DNA from: Candidatus Melainabacteria bacterium 17Bon1m
GTDB lineage: Bacteria; Cyanobacteriota; Vampirovibrionia; Obscuribacterales; Obscuribacteraceae
Assembly: GCA_032128875.1 (NCBI GenBank)
Contig: JAVLKG010000001.1
Location: 352,001 to 416,000 of the forward strand
Length of the DNA: 64,000 nucleotides
Direction of reading: 5' to 3'
The notes under the pieces were generated by a model. That model worked only from the letters and a program-made list of their open reading frames with translations. It was not told where the DNA came from and searched no databases. The first letter of the stretch is position 1. Every line of letters begins with the position of its first letter. Positions 28,883 through 38,244 of this stretch are shown one piece after another. Both the position numbers and the translations under genes were made by a program.

Positions 28883-30739
28883 TTGACGCAACGGAACCCC
28901 GGTGAAATAGGCAGTATTGAAACGCGCATGAGACTGGAAGATCGAACATACAAATGGTGTCATCGTTGCAGTGGCAGCATTGATGAAGCGGCAATCTATT
29001 GTCGCTTTTGTAGAAACGATCTTCTGATGGGTGAGCAGAGGAAGGATCCATTCTTTGGTCCCGAGTCTAAGTTTGATGCGGCACGCCGTTGGGTGCCGAA
29101 TCTAAATTCGCTGATTGAGATGCTGCCCGATTCCAATTTCAAAAAGCATTTACTGGACGGTTTGCACATGCGTGGTCGCATGCCGACCATGGCGATGTAC
29201 GAGCGCGACGAGGAGTCCGAGCGTCAGTTCAACGAATCAAACGTTGGACTAGAACGTCCGCCAATGGAGCAGGAAAAGTCGATTATTCGGGAAGTTTTTT
29301 TGAATCTGAAAGACGCTGGTATTGATATTGACCCGATGTTGGATACCCCAAAGCTGCGGGTCCTCAAACTTACTCCAGAAACAATAAATGTGATGTACGA
29401 CGCACGAATAGCTCGTCAATCAGGTGGAAAGCAATGCAAATTCTGCCGTGAGAAGAGCGAGCAGAATGCTGTGTCGTGTGAGTTTTGCAAGTCGAATTTT
29501 TCAGACCCTCCCAAACGAGAGGCAAGGAGATTTAGAAAGAATGCAATTGGATTCTTTCCTCTCGATAAGGGATTGCTGAAGGAAGTCTTGCTCCATATCG
29601 CAATTAATCGCGCGCTTACTGGCGGCACATGGCGCAGTGAACTTGCGGATGTGCTTTCGAAACATGATATCTGCAATGCAGATGTTGAGAACGGAGTGAA
29701 GCAGCGCCAATTCCTCATGGAAGAGGATATGTCAATCGAACTGCCTATGTCCGAGTGGCAGCGAAGTTTGATGTTTGAAGGTTTGGATGATGGCATGGAT
29801 GGATACCATGCAATTCACAATATCATCGAATTGGGTCAAACTTGTTTGCACGAAGAATTTCACGAAGAAGCAGAAATGGTTTTGAACTTTGCCATGGCTG
29901 TTGCTGATACTCATCCCTTGGGCAATGTTAATGGCTTGGACGCAATGCGTGAACCCCTGAAGACATCGGGGTGGATGGCGTTGTCGCAACTCTATGAGAC
30001 TACCGGTCGTTATGCTGAAGCAGAAGAAGCGCACGCGAAAATGTTCCAAATCGGACCTTCAATGGCAATTCCTGGTCTCGATGAGATTATGAAGGCGACG
30101 ATGGAATTGCTAAGTCCTCAGAGATCCATTAGACAAGCCGATCTATGTTTTAAGCAAAGCAAGTTCGATGAGGCTATCGACTTGTATAAGAAAGCGTTGA
30201 CTGCACTGGACAAGCAAGAAAACAAGCCGTTCATCGGTTTTTCTAAAATGTCTGGACTGGTGCAGGGCGAACCTCCGTCTTCAATTACGACCCCTGCTCC
30301 TGAAGACTATGATGTTGCTCCTACGATGGATGGACCTGACCAAGCAAAGCTTAATGAAGTCAGCGATCTCGTTTTGGTGTCAACGGCCCATCGTGTTGGT
30401 GTCATGAAAAAACTCGCCGAGGTGTATATGGCGAAGAAGGATTACGCAACTGCTGCGTATGTTTTAGATGAATCAATGGAGCTTGCCGACCAGCTAAATG
30501 AGCCGTATCAAGCTCTTGTCGCTGATGTTTGCGAATGTTATGGACGCTTCAATATGATGCAGAAGCAGTACCCAGAAGCCGAGCAACAGTTCCGGCGCGC
30601 TGTCGAGTTTTACTCCTCTGTGAAAGATCCCATGGATCCGGAAGAATTTGAAATTGTCGTCAACAAAGCTTCCAATTGCCTTGCGGATTCATTGGAAGCT
30701 CAAGGCAAAATCGAAGAGTCGAAAAAATATAGAAAGTAG
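28883..30739 (+). CDS. double Zn-ribbon plus TPR protein
   Basis: CHRC..CRFC and CKFC..CEFC; TPR-like GRYAEAEE, KFDEAIDLYKKAL, QYPEAEQQFRRA; start uncertain. Confidence 0.85.
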   Translation: MTQRNPGEIGSIETRMRLEDRTYKWCHRCSGSIDEAAIYCRFCRNDLLMGEQRKDPFFGPESKFDAARRWVPNLNSLIEMLPDSNFKKHLLDGLHMRGRMPTMAMYERDEESERQFNESNVGLERPPMEQEKSIIREVFLNLKDAGIDIDPMLDTPKLRVLKLTPETINVMYDARIARQSGGKQCKFCREKSEQNAVSCEFCKSNFSDPPKREARRFRKNAIGFFPLDKGLLKEVLLHIAINRALTGGTWRSELADVLSKHDICNADVENGVKQRQFLMEEDMSIELPMSEWQRSLMFEGLDDGMDGYHAIHNIIELGQTCLHEEFHEEAEMVLNFAMAVADTHPLGNVNGLDAMREPLKTSGWMALSQLYETTGRYAEAEEAHAKMFQIGPSMAIPGLDEIMKATMELLSPQRSIRQADLCFKQSKFDEAIDLYKKALTALDKQENKPFIGFSKMSGLVQGEPPSSITTPAPEDYDVAPTMDGPDQAKLNEVSDLVLVSTAHRVGVMKKLAEVYMAKKDYATAAYVLDESMELADQLNEPYQALVADVCECYGRFNMMQKQYPEAEQQFRRAVEFYSSVKDPMDPEEFEIVVNKASNCLADSLEAQGKIEESKKYRK

Positions 30740-30807
30740 GCCTGGCACTGTATTGCCCCCTGATGCTCAAAGTCACCTGAAGGGCGAATTCGCGTTTCTG
30801 TCGTGAA

Positions 30808-30831
30808 GCCGGCGAGCCGCCGGCGCTCCCA
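30808..30831 (-). repeat. dispersed palindromic element (second family)
   Basis: Exact reverse complement of 12235-12258; lies between convergent genes. Confidence 0.8.
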
Positions 30832-30835
30832 GGTT

Positions 30836-32995
30836 CTACGAATTTGCTGGAAGTCTAAACCAGAAGGTGCTGCCGTTGCCTTCTTCGGATGTGACACCGA
30901 TGGTGCCACCATGTGCTTCGACGATGGCTTTGCAGATTGCAAGTCCAAGACCGGTGCCTTTCTTGACCGTGGCGTCCGTTTCTGAAACCTGCTTGAAGCG
31001 CTCAAAGACAGTCTTTTGCAGTTCTGTCGGAATACCCGGACCTTCGTCTTTGATTTCGATTTCTACAAATCCGTTTTCTTTCTTAGCCTTCAGATCAATA
31101 GTGCTTTTATCCGGAGAAAACTTTATTGCATTATGCAAAAGGTTGATCACTACCTGCACCAGGCGCTCGGCGTCGCCACGTAGTTGCATGTCCTCAGATG
31201 GAGTATTGATGGTGACTTTTTTTACTTCTTTGTGAGAGTTTACTGCTTCTAGCGATTGTTCAACTATCGATTGCAGCGTGGTTTCTCCGATTGCGATTTT
31301 GAGATGACCCGCTTCCCATCTTTCTATGTCGAGCAGGTCGCGGATCATATTGACCAATCTGTCGACGCTCTTATTCAATAAGGCGAGCTTTTGTGTCCCT
31401 GCGTCACTGAGATTGCCGTAAACACCGCGACCAAGTAAGTCGAGGTAGCTTTGGACAGACGTCAGCGGTGTTCGTAAATCGTGGCTAACCATCTGCACGA
31501 ATTGAGCTTTCATCAGTTCTACTTCGTGTCTGTCAGTGATATCCAGAACCAACCCGATCAAGCGTTTTCCATCCAATGTTTCAATCTCTCTAAAAGAGAT
31601 TTCCACAGGAACTTCCGTTCCATCAAGTTTTTCCACAAGACATTCGTGTGCGCGGCCAAGCGCATTTTCTGTTATGTATGCAAGATTGACTTTTCGCGCG
31701 CGTGAATCGGTAAGAATCGTGTCAATCGTTTTTCCTTCGATGTCAGCCATTTTGTATTCGAAGACTTCCTCGAATGTTCGATTTGAAAGTACAATTTTTC
31801 CGTCGAGGTCGATCATCATCAAGCCTACTGGCAGACTTTCGAGAATCTGGCGCAGTCGTGCTTCTGCTTCTTTTACCACTTGCTCTGCCGCTTTTCGTTC
31901 TGTGATATCGTGCGCGACGCAGAAGAATGAATCATCTGGATCAGACCACTGCACAGACCAGAGAATGTTGATGTCCGAGCCGTCAGCACGAGTTATGCGG
32001 CTTTCGAATTCGCTGGACTTGTTGCCTTCTCTTATGTCTTTAAGTGCGTTTACTGTTGCTTCTGCATCGGATTTTAAAACAATTTCCAGGCAGTTTTTAC
32101 CAACCAATTCCGCCGGTTCGAATCCGAACATTGGCTTCGCCGCAGGACTCAGCTTTGTGAAGTTACCGTCCCTATCCAGGGAGAATATGACGTCGGCTGC
32201 GTTTTCCACGAACGCCCGTTCTTTTCTGGCTGCAGCATTTAAAGCATTCGCCATTTCTTTGAATACTCTATCCAAGTGCGACAATTCGTCATTGCCGGAA
32301 AGCGGCGGATTAAGTGGTTGCCCGCGTCCAAGTCGCACAGAATTGTCCATCAAGATGGCAAGACGACTTGTAACTTCTTTGTTGAAATTTACTACTAGAA
32401 GAACTGAGACGACAATTGTCACTCCGACTAACGAATAGAGAAGCATCTTTATCTTCTCACGCAGCTCGGATTGAGTCTGTGGACTGGTCTTCTCAATTTC
32501 GCGCTCTACGGACAAGATGGCTTCGAGTTCGGTAATCAGATCGCGCAAGATCATTTTAAGTGCGGGGAGTTCTGACGCGAGAGCGAGGTCGCCGCCCTGC
32601 CTGAACATTCGCTTCACCTGTTTAAGTTTTTCCGCGCTGCAACCTGCCTTGCGCTGCAATTCTCTTAAGTGATTCATTTCCTGCGGATTGTCCGCGAGCA
32701 ATCTCTCGAGTGGCGGCACCTCTCGCTCGAATCCTTCGCGCAGAGAATAGGTCGCCTCCATCTTTCGCCCGGTGCCGATTAGCCCTTCGGCGGTCACCCC
32801 TGCTATATAACCAATAATGAGTCTATGAATCTGATTTACGTGGTGAATGATCTCGCGCGCGCGGACTTCCTTTTCCCGCTCTTTCTCGGTCTCGTCCAGC
32901 AGTTTTCCCAACATTGAGACGAATGTGAGCTGCACGCAGAGCGGCACCGCCACAAGAAAGAACACCTTTTGAGAAAGTTTTAGACCCGGCTGCAT
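30836..32995 (-). CDS. membrane sensor histidine kinase (periplasmic helical domain, HAMP, 2xPAS, HisKA, HATPase)
   Basis: Two TMs; SHDLRTPL, NLLHNAIKFS, DEGPG, GTGLGL. Confidence 0.96.
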   Translation of the reverse strand: MQPGLKLSQKVFFLVAVPLCVQLTFVSMLGKLLDETEKEREKEVRAREIIHHVNQIHRLIIGYIAGVTAEGLIGTGRKMEATYSLREGFEREVPPLERLLADNPQEMNHLRELQRKAGCSAEKLKQVKRMFRQGGDLALASELPALKMILRDLITELEAILSVEREIEKTSPQTQSELREKIKMLLYSLVGVTIVVSVLLVVNFNKEVTSRLAILMDNSVRLGRGQPLNPPLSGNDELSHLDRVFKEMANALNAAARKERAFVENAADVIFSLDRDGNFTKLSPAAKPMFGFEPAELVGKNCLEIVLKSDAEATVNALKDIREGNKSSEFESRITRADGSDINILWSVQWSDPDDSFFCVAHDITERKAAEQVVKEAEARLRQILESLPVGLMMIDLDGKIVLSNRTFEEVFEYKMADIEGKTIDTILTDSRARKVNLAYITENALGRAHECLVEKLDGTEVPVEISFREIETLDGKRLIGLVLDITDRHEVELMKAQFVQMVSHDLRTPLTSVQSYLDLLGRGVYGNLSDAGTQKLALLNKSVDRLVNMIRDLLDIERWEAGHLKIAIGETTLQSIVEQSLEAVNSHKEVKKVTINTPSEDMQLRGDAERLVQVVINLLHNAIKFSPDKSTIDLKAKKENGFVEIEIKDEGPGIPTELQKTVFERFKQVSETDATVKKGTGLGLAICKAIVEAHGGTIGVTSEEGNGSTFWFRLPANS

Positions 32996-33092
32996 GGTCG
33001 GCCCCGCCAGCTACGCCTCATTACTATATATAGCTTACCCAATTTCGCCGCCTGTCCGGGCTCGAAAAGGTTGCCAGGTGGATTTGGGGGAT

Positions 33093-33125
33093 TGTCACGT
33101 GAGTGTCATTTTTGGACCCTAATCT
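33093..33125 (+). promoter_or_regulatory. putative OmpR/PhoB-family box plus -10
   Basis: TGTCA-cgtgag-TGTCA (11-bp period), 11 nt, TAATCT: pho-box-type promoter geometry. Confidence 0.55.
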
Positions 33126-33267
33126 TCTCGGCAACCCTCAGATAACCAGCTGGACCACTTTCGGCACCCAGCATTCCCAGTCCAACACTTACTACCGATC
33201 TCCATAGCCTTAGCCCGATGCACGAACCCTGCATCAGCTGAGAGCGTTTCACCCCAGGAGGAACACC

Positions 33268-35079
33268 ATGACACGTCAGGTGGAAAACTTTAACGCGTGC
33301 CCAGAACGCCAGCCGCAAACTACCGACCACTTGTGTAACGAGGTTTACACCCCAGAGAACAGAAATCAACTCTGCGGACCGAAGAAGCCGGAGACCAATT
33401 GCAATTCAGATGACGACTTCAATAGTTTTCTTTCTGACAATCTAAGCCAGAACATTTACGATGGTGGTTGTGGCAATCAAGGCGACAACAAATATCTGAA
33501 GAACATCGATAAGGGACAGAAGTCACTTGGTAAAGCAACAACGGACCTCGAACAAGCACTTTCTGCGCTAGATAACGGAGATACCAGTGGCGCTCAAAAG
33601 CAAATTGAAGATGCACTTAAGCGCAGTGGAAAAGCTGTAGACAGATTCGAGAGTGCAAATGAGAAGCACAAGGGTGGTGGCGCAAATGGTGCTTACGGTG
33701 AAGATGGACTGAAAGATGGATCGCGCGAAATCAATGGATCTCGCGATGAGATGAAGAATGCGCTCGACTTACTAAAATGTGGAAAAACTGGAGCAGCATA
33801 CGAATCGATTCGCAATGCTTTGAACGGGCTCAAGTCCGGTGGTGAGGAAGTTCAAGCGGGTGAAGATGCTTTGACTGGCAGAAAGCCGGTGAACACAGCA
33901 CGTGGTCGCGAAGCTGCATCGGACCGAGAATTCAAGGAAGGTGCTAAAGAGTTCGATCGCACCGGCGACGCATTGGAAGACGCACTTAACTCACTCGATC
34001 ATGGTGACAAAGGCAGCGCAATGCGTGATTTGGAGCGCAGCCAGCGCAGCTTGGGAGAAGGACAAAACAACTACAGAGACGGTTTGAGACTCAATCAACT
34101 GGGTGACGAATCTGGTGTGAAGAAAGGTCTGGAAACGTCCAAGAGTGTAGACCAATCAATTGACGCGGCAATGCAACTGTTGGAGGCTGGTTGCGCAAGA
34201 GAAGCGAAGCAGATGATTCAAGAAGCGATGAGTCGCCTTGAGAAAAGTACTGATCAACTCGCTCAAGGAGTCGAAAAGCAAGACAACGTTTATGACTTCC
34301 GTCCTGGCGATCGTAGCCAAGCTGGACGAGATATTACCTTACCAGGTGACTACGGCAACAATAATCGTGATTGGCAGGATAGATTGAGACCGATTGACCG
34401 TGACAGAATTACTCTGTTCCCTGGTGAATTTGGTATCACTGACTTCCTCAACGGAAGCAGCGACAATCGTGGTACCAACTGGCAAGATTACAACCAAGAT
34501 CGTCGTGACCCGATGGATTTCAATCCTCTCGATCCCGCTGGACTCTTTGGTGATAACTTCAACCCGCTAGACCCGGCTGGTCTGTTTGGAAACAACAGAG
34601 ATGGTGGCTTTAATCCGTTAGATCCTGCGGGCTTGTTTGGAAACAACGGAGATGGTGGCTTTAATCCGCTAGATCCTGCTGGTCTGTTCGGCAACAATGA
34701 CGGAGGGTTCAATCCGCTCGATCCTATCGGCTTGTTCGACCAAGGTGGCAAGAACGGTGGTTTCAACCCTCTCGATCCGATTGGATTGTTCGATAAGGGC
34801 GGCAAGAATGGTGGCTTCAATCCGCTTGATCCAGCCGGTTTGCTTGGTGGCAAAGATGGTGGCTTCGATCCACTCGATCCAGCCGGTTTGCTTGGTGGCA
34901 AAGATGGTGGCTTCAATCCGCTTGATCCAGCCGGTTTGCTTGGTGGTAAAGACGGTGGCTTCAATCCGCTCGATCCTGCCGGACTTCTGTCGAGCAACGA
35001 TAAAGGCAACGACAGCCCACTCGACATACTGAACCCTGTAAAAATCACCAAGAAAATCTTTGGAGGACTCTTCGGTTAA
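33268..35079 (+). CDS. hypothetical protein with four helical-hairpin repeats and ten FNPLDP(A/I)GL repeats
   Basis: AGGAGG SD; own terminator; repeats seen in translation. Confidence 0.9.
   Translation: MTRQVENFNACPERQPQTTDHLCNEVYTPENRNQLCGPKKPETNCNSDDDFNSFLSDNLSQNIYDGGCGNQGDNKYLKNIDKGQKSLGKATTDLEQALSALDNGDTSGAQKQIEDALKRSGKAVDRFESANEKHKGGGANGAYGEDGLKDGSREINGSRDEMKNALDLLKCGKTGAAYESIRNALNGLKSGGEEVQAGEDALTGRKPVNTARGREAASDREFKEGAKEFDRTGDALEDALNSLDHGDKGSAMRDLERSQRSLGEGQNNYRDGLRLNQLGDESGVKKGLETSKSVDQSIDAAMQLLEAGCAREAKQMIQEAMSRLEKSTDQLAQGVEKQDNVYDFRPGDRSQAGRDITLPGDYGNNNRDWQDRLRPIDRDRITLFPGEFGITDFLNGSSDNRGTNWQDYNQDRRDPMDFNPLDPAGLFGDNFNPLDPAGLFGNNRDGGFNPLDPAGLFGNNGDGGFNPLDPAGLFGNNDGGFNPLDPIGLFDQGGKNGGFNPLDPIGLFDKGGKNGGFNPLDPAGLLGGKDGGFDPLDPAGLLGGKDGGFNPLDPAGLLGGKDGGFNPLDPAGLLSSNDKGNDSPLDILNPVKITKKIFGGLFG
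34519..34989 (+). repeat. coding tandem repeat, 10 units of 13-18 aa
   Basis: F[ND]PLDP[AI]GL[FL] x10 with synonymous codon variation. Confidence 0.95.
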
Positions 35080-35172
35080 TCGTTGGAGACGCTACAAACG
35101 GGTTACTAAAAACAGAAGGACTCAATAAATTCGACTACTACAAAGACTTACTACAAGGATCGGTTTATTGCG

Positions 35173-35207
35173 AGAAGGAGAGGGCGCTACGGCGTCCTCT
35201 CTTCTTT
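35173..35207 (+). terminator. intrinsic terminator
   Basis: GAAGGAGAGGGCGC-TACG-GCGTCCTCTCTTC-TTT. Confidence 0.8.
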
Positions 35208-35232
35208 AGCGAAACCAACTTAAGTAATCGGC

Positions 35233-35290
35233 GGGCGGCATGAATGCCGCCCCTACAGTCGCCCCCGTAGGGGCGGCATTCATGCCGCCC
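35233..35290. repeat. inverted pair of GTAG-type REPs (REPIN/BIME-like)
   Basis: GGGCGGCATGAATGCCGCCCCTAC-10 nt-GTAGGGGCGGCATTCATGCCGCCC. Confidence 0.85.
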
Positions 35291-35291
35291 G

Positions 35292-35359
35292 TTCCTATAG
35301 ACAAGGAGTTCCTATCGTCGAGGAATTTCTACCGACGAGGAATTTCTACCGACAAGGAA
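35292..35359. repeat. 4 x 17 bp tandem repeat
   Basis: TTCCTATAGACAAGGAG / TTCCTATCGTCGAGGAA / TTTCTACCGACGAGGAA / TTTCTACCGACAAGGAA. Confidence 0.85.
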
Positions 35360-35413
35360 TTGCATTCCCTGATGAGTTGATTTTGCAAGGGAATGTGTTT
35401 CGCAAAAGTTAGC

Positions 35414-36091
35414 TTAGTCAGTGACGAGTTTGTAGCCGACGCCGTAAATGTTTTCTAGCATCGATGGTTGCCCTTCGATATCAATCTTTTGGCGCAAACG
35501 TTTTACACATGTGCGCACTGTTTCTGGACCAACGTTTGATTCCGATTTCCAAACGCGATCCAAAAGGTTTTGCGCACTAAAAACTTGATTTGGGTGGCGC
35601 ATCAAATGTTCGAGCAAAGCGAACTCTTTCGGGTGCAAGGTAATTTCTTTTCCGTCGCGCGTCAATTTATGCGCCGAAGGGTCGAGCACCAATCCACCCG
35701 CCTCCAAAACATTGCTCGGCGCCGTTGAGCCCGAGCGTCTCAATAACGCGCGCACTCTTGCCGAAAGTTCTTTCAAGTGGAAAGGTTTCGTCAAATAGTC
35801 GTCTGCGCCGCTGTCGAGCCCTTTTTCTTTCTCGTCGATGGTGTCTTTGCCGGTGAGCATCAAAATTGGCGTGGTGCCACCTTTGAAGCGAAACTCCTTG
35901 CAAAGCTCAACGCCCGTGACTCCGGGAAGTCCCCAATCGAGAACGATTACGTCGTAGTGATAGTTGTTCAGCAATTCACGCGCGTCTTCGCCGTTGTAGG
36001 CGCATTCGAGCGTGTGGTATTCGCCTGACAAGCTGTCCGAAACCAAGTCAGCAAGCAGTTTGTCGTCATCAACTACGAGGATTTTTGCCAT
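35414..36091 (-). CDS. OmpR/PhoB-family response regulator
   Basis: KILVVDDD, VLDWGLPG, GADDYLTKPF, winged helix ending GVGYKL. Confidence 0.96.
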   Translation of the reverse strand: MAKILVVDDDKLLADLVSDSLSGEYHTLECAYNGEDARELLNNYHYDVIVLDWGLPGVTGVELCKEFRFKGGTTPILMLTGKDTIDEKEKGLDSGADDYLTKPFHLKELSARVRALLRRSGSTAPSNVLEAGGLVLDPSAHKLTRDGKEITLHPKEFALLEHLMRHPNQVFSAQNLLDRVWKSESNVGPETVRTCVKRLRQKIDIEGQPSMLENIYGVGYKLVTD

Positions 36092-36221
36092 CTGACTAGA
36101 AACGGGGACCCGCTACAAAAAGGGAATGACTGTATGTCATGAATTTAGCCCATTCTGCGCTTATGTTCAATCTCTGGCTTGGTTTACAAGAGGGGTTTGC
36201 TTGAAGTTCTCGACGGGCGCC

Positions 36222-36325
36222 TAACTCAGCGCCAACTTGACCTAGCCCAGCACCAACCAGCTATCCGAGCATCAACCGGTTCATAGCCGAGCATCAACCA
36301 GTTCTTAGCCGAGCATCAACCGGCG
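36222..36325 (-). repeat. degenerate ~20-22 bp tandem copies of the protease gene 3' end
   Basis: GGTTGATGCTCGG x3 plus two decayed copies; first copy contains the stop codon. Confidence 0.75.
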
Positions 36326-37999
36326 CGCGCTGTACCAGCCGTCGCCCGAGCCGCCCCACCAGTTGTTGACCAGGAATCTGTCCGTCTTGGGATCGTAATC
36401 GTCGATTGCCATGGCGTGTCCGGGGATGATATATCCGACCGAGCCATTTTTGAGTTGTCTGATCAAGCTTTCTTTTCTGTAGCGTCCACCTGTCCAGGTG
36501 TCGTGAATTGCCATTTTTTGTCCGGTCGCCATCATGCGAACGTATTCCATTTGGTCGTTCGTGGTGCCGGGGAAGTTGCCGCCGTTGCTCTTGTAACCAA
36601 GCGTTGCCATCGCGGCGAATTGGAAGAGTTGGTTGGAGTATGTGCGGTGATATGTGGGCTGATATTTGATTTGGTTTGCGCCTAGTTCGACTACTCGTTT
36701 TTGTCCGTTCTTTGTATTGCCTCGCGAAGTGACGCAACCAGTCGTCAGCGCTTCTCTCAACCAGCGGGTCAAATCTTGCGGGCGGCGCTGTGCGAGTGTG
36801 TCTTCAACGGAGTTGAGTGCGCAGGTCCCAACCGGACCTTGGTTAATGTACTTGGTCGGGTTTGCTAATTCCATGAGTTCTGTTTCGACTGCTAATCGGC
36901 GTTCGCCATGTGTAACGCGTTTTGCATTGCCCTTGGGCTCATCGGTGAAAACGCGGCAGAGATTTCTATAGGATTCAGCGATATCGTCTGGTGATGCGGC
37001 TTTCCATCCCTTGTCACGAAAACGTTGTTGACGCGCCTCGAACTTGTCCATCCACGAATCGATTGTACTTTCGCTGCCTTTGAAAACACCATGTCGGGCT
37101 GCGATTTTGATGAAGTCTTCGCGAGCGGTTGCGAGGTCGGCGCTGCCGTACTCGCTCGGTCCGACCATGAAGTTGGTGACGATTTCTTGATAGGCGAGAT
37201 TTCCGTCGTCCATGATTTGGACGTTCTTGCGCCAGGTTGTTTTGTTGGTGCCTTCAGTGTGAGTGACAAACTTTTCTGTGTCGCCAATTCTGTCTGAAAT
37301 TTGTACGACTTGTCCGCCCATGGCGGTTTGATACCGTTCTACAATTTGTGTTGCTTTTGTTGGTTTGCTTTCGTCGGTGTATTTGTACTCGATGATAGAA
37401 CCGTCTGCCTTAATCACGCTTTCTAAGCGCGAAGTCGCCTTGCCGTTTACATCGACAACTTCGTGAGTAGTGTTGGTGAAATCAGAGTGCATTGTGGAAA
37501 CGCGTTTGCCATCATCGGAAGCAATCATTACGTTGCCGATGTTCTCACCTTTCTGCACAACCTGAATTCGTGAAGCCAATGCTTTCAAGTCATCATCTTG
37601 AGTGCTTCCGCTCAAGTCGATGACTGACTCTTGTCCATTCATTTTGGTCGTGATTTTCTCTACCAGTGGAGCACCATTGGCGTCGAGTTTTACTTTGTTG
37701 TTTTCGTCTCTTTGATATTCGATAGACTGAGAATTTTCTCCTTTTCGCACTTCCGTTACGAAGCCACCTTCCAGCTTTACGAAAGAGCCATCACGCTTTT
37801 TCATCTCTACTGGCGGTTCTGTTATTTCGCTTCCAGGTCCGCGCACTTCGGTTCTGTCCATTACAACGGGTGTTTCCGTTTTGCTGGACAAATCCACATT
37901 CCAATTTGGCCGTTGATTCTCGGGTGGAACGTACTTTTCGGATTGCTGGTCGCCGACGCCGGCTTCATACGGCTTGGCTGTTGTTGTTCGGTTGCTCAT
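36305..37999 (-). CDS. papain/calpain-like cysteine protease domain protein, no signal peptide
   Basis: INQGPVGTCAL (Gln, Cys), GHAMAIDDYD (His), VNNWWG (Asn); beta-rich N-terminal region. Confidence 0.8.
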   Translation of the reverse strand: MSNRTTTAKPYEAGVGDQQSEKYVPPENQRPNWNVDLSSKTETPVVMDRTEVRGPGSEITEPPVEMKKRDGSFVKLEGGFVTEVRKGENSQSIEYQRDENNKVKLDANGAPLVEKITTKMNGQESVIDLSGSTQDDDLKALASRIQVVQKGENIGNVMIASDDGKRVSTMHSDFTNTTHEVVDVNGKATSRLESVIKADGSIIEYKYTDESKPTKATQIVERYQTAMGGQVVQISDRIGDTEKFVTHTEGTNKTTWRKNVQIMDDGNLAYQEIVTNFMVGPSEYGSADLATAREDFIKIAARHGVFKGSESTIDSWMDKFEARQQRFRDKGWKAASPDDIAESYRNLCRVFTDEPKGNAKRVTHGERRLAVETELMELANPTKYINQGPVGTCALNSVEDTLAQRRPQDLTRWLREALTTGCVTSRGNTKNGQKRVVELGANQIKYQPTYHRTYSNQLFQFAAMATLGYKSNGGNFPGTTNDQMEYVRMMATGQKMAIHDTWTGGRYRKESLIRQLKNGSVGYIIPGHAMAIDDYDPKTDRFLVNNWWGGSGDGWYSARRLMLG

Positions 38000-38184
38000 A
38001 ATTCTTGCGGCTTAGATGGGTGCGCCGCTAGCGGAGGGAGTGATGCCGTTGAATGTTTTTTCTGCTATGCCGATCTCTGCGTCCGAAGCTTTTTCAGCTT
38101 TCTTATGGAGAATTCCAAAATAACTTCGGAGCAGATTCGGTTGGTTTGGCGAACTTTATAGAGACTGACTTTTGATTTGGACCA

Positions 38185-38240
38185 GGCGACGCATGGCGTC
38201 TCCCCTAAGGTTTTCTTGGGCGTGTGCAACACGCCCCCAC
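38185..38240 (-). repeat. two degenerate REP-like hairpins
   Basis: GGCGACGCATGGCGTCTCCCCTA and GGGCGTGTGCAACACGCCCCCAC. Confidence 0.6.
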
Positions 38241-38244
38241 GCTT

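Noticed and set aside
31536-32438. 300-aa plus-strand ORF (and other antisense ORFs such as 34488..35051, 23656..24225, 8475..8951)
   Set aside because: Shadow frames antisense to well-supported genes
35292-35359. Cas12a-like repeat (AATTTCTAC)
   Set aside because: 17-bp head-to-tail units with no spacers and no GTAGAT half of the stem
38000-38150. in-frame upstream extension of the protease by stop readthrough
   Set aside because: An open stretch precedes an in-frame TAA but has no start codon or SD
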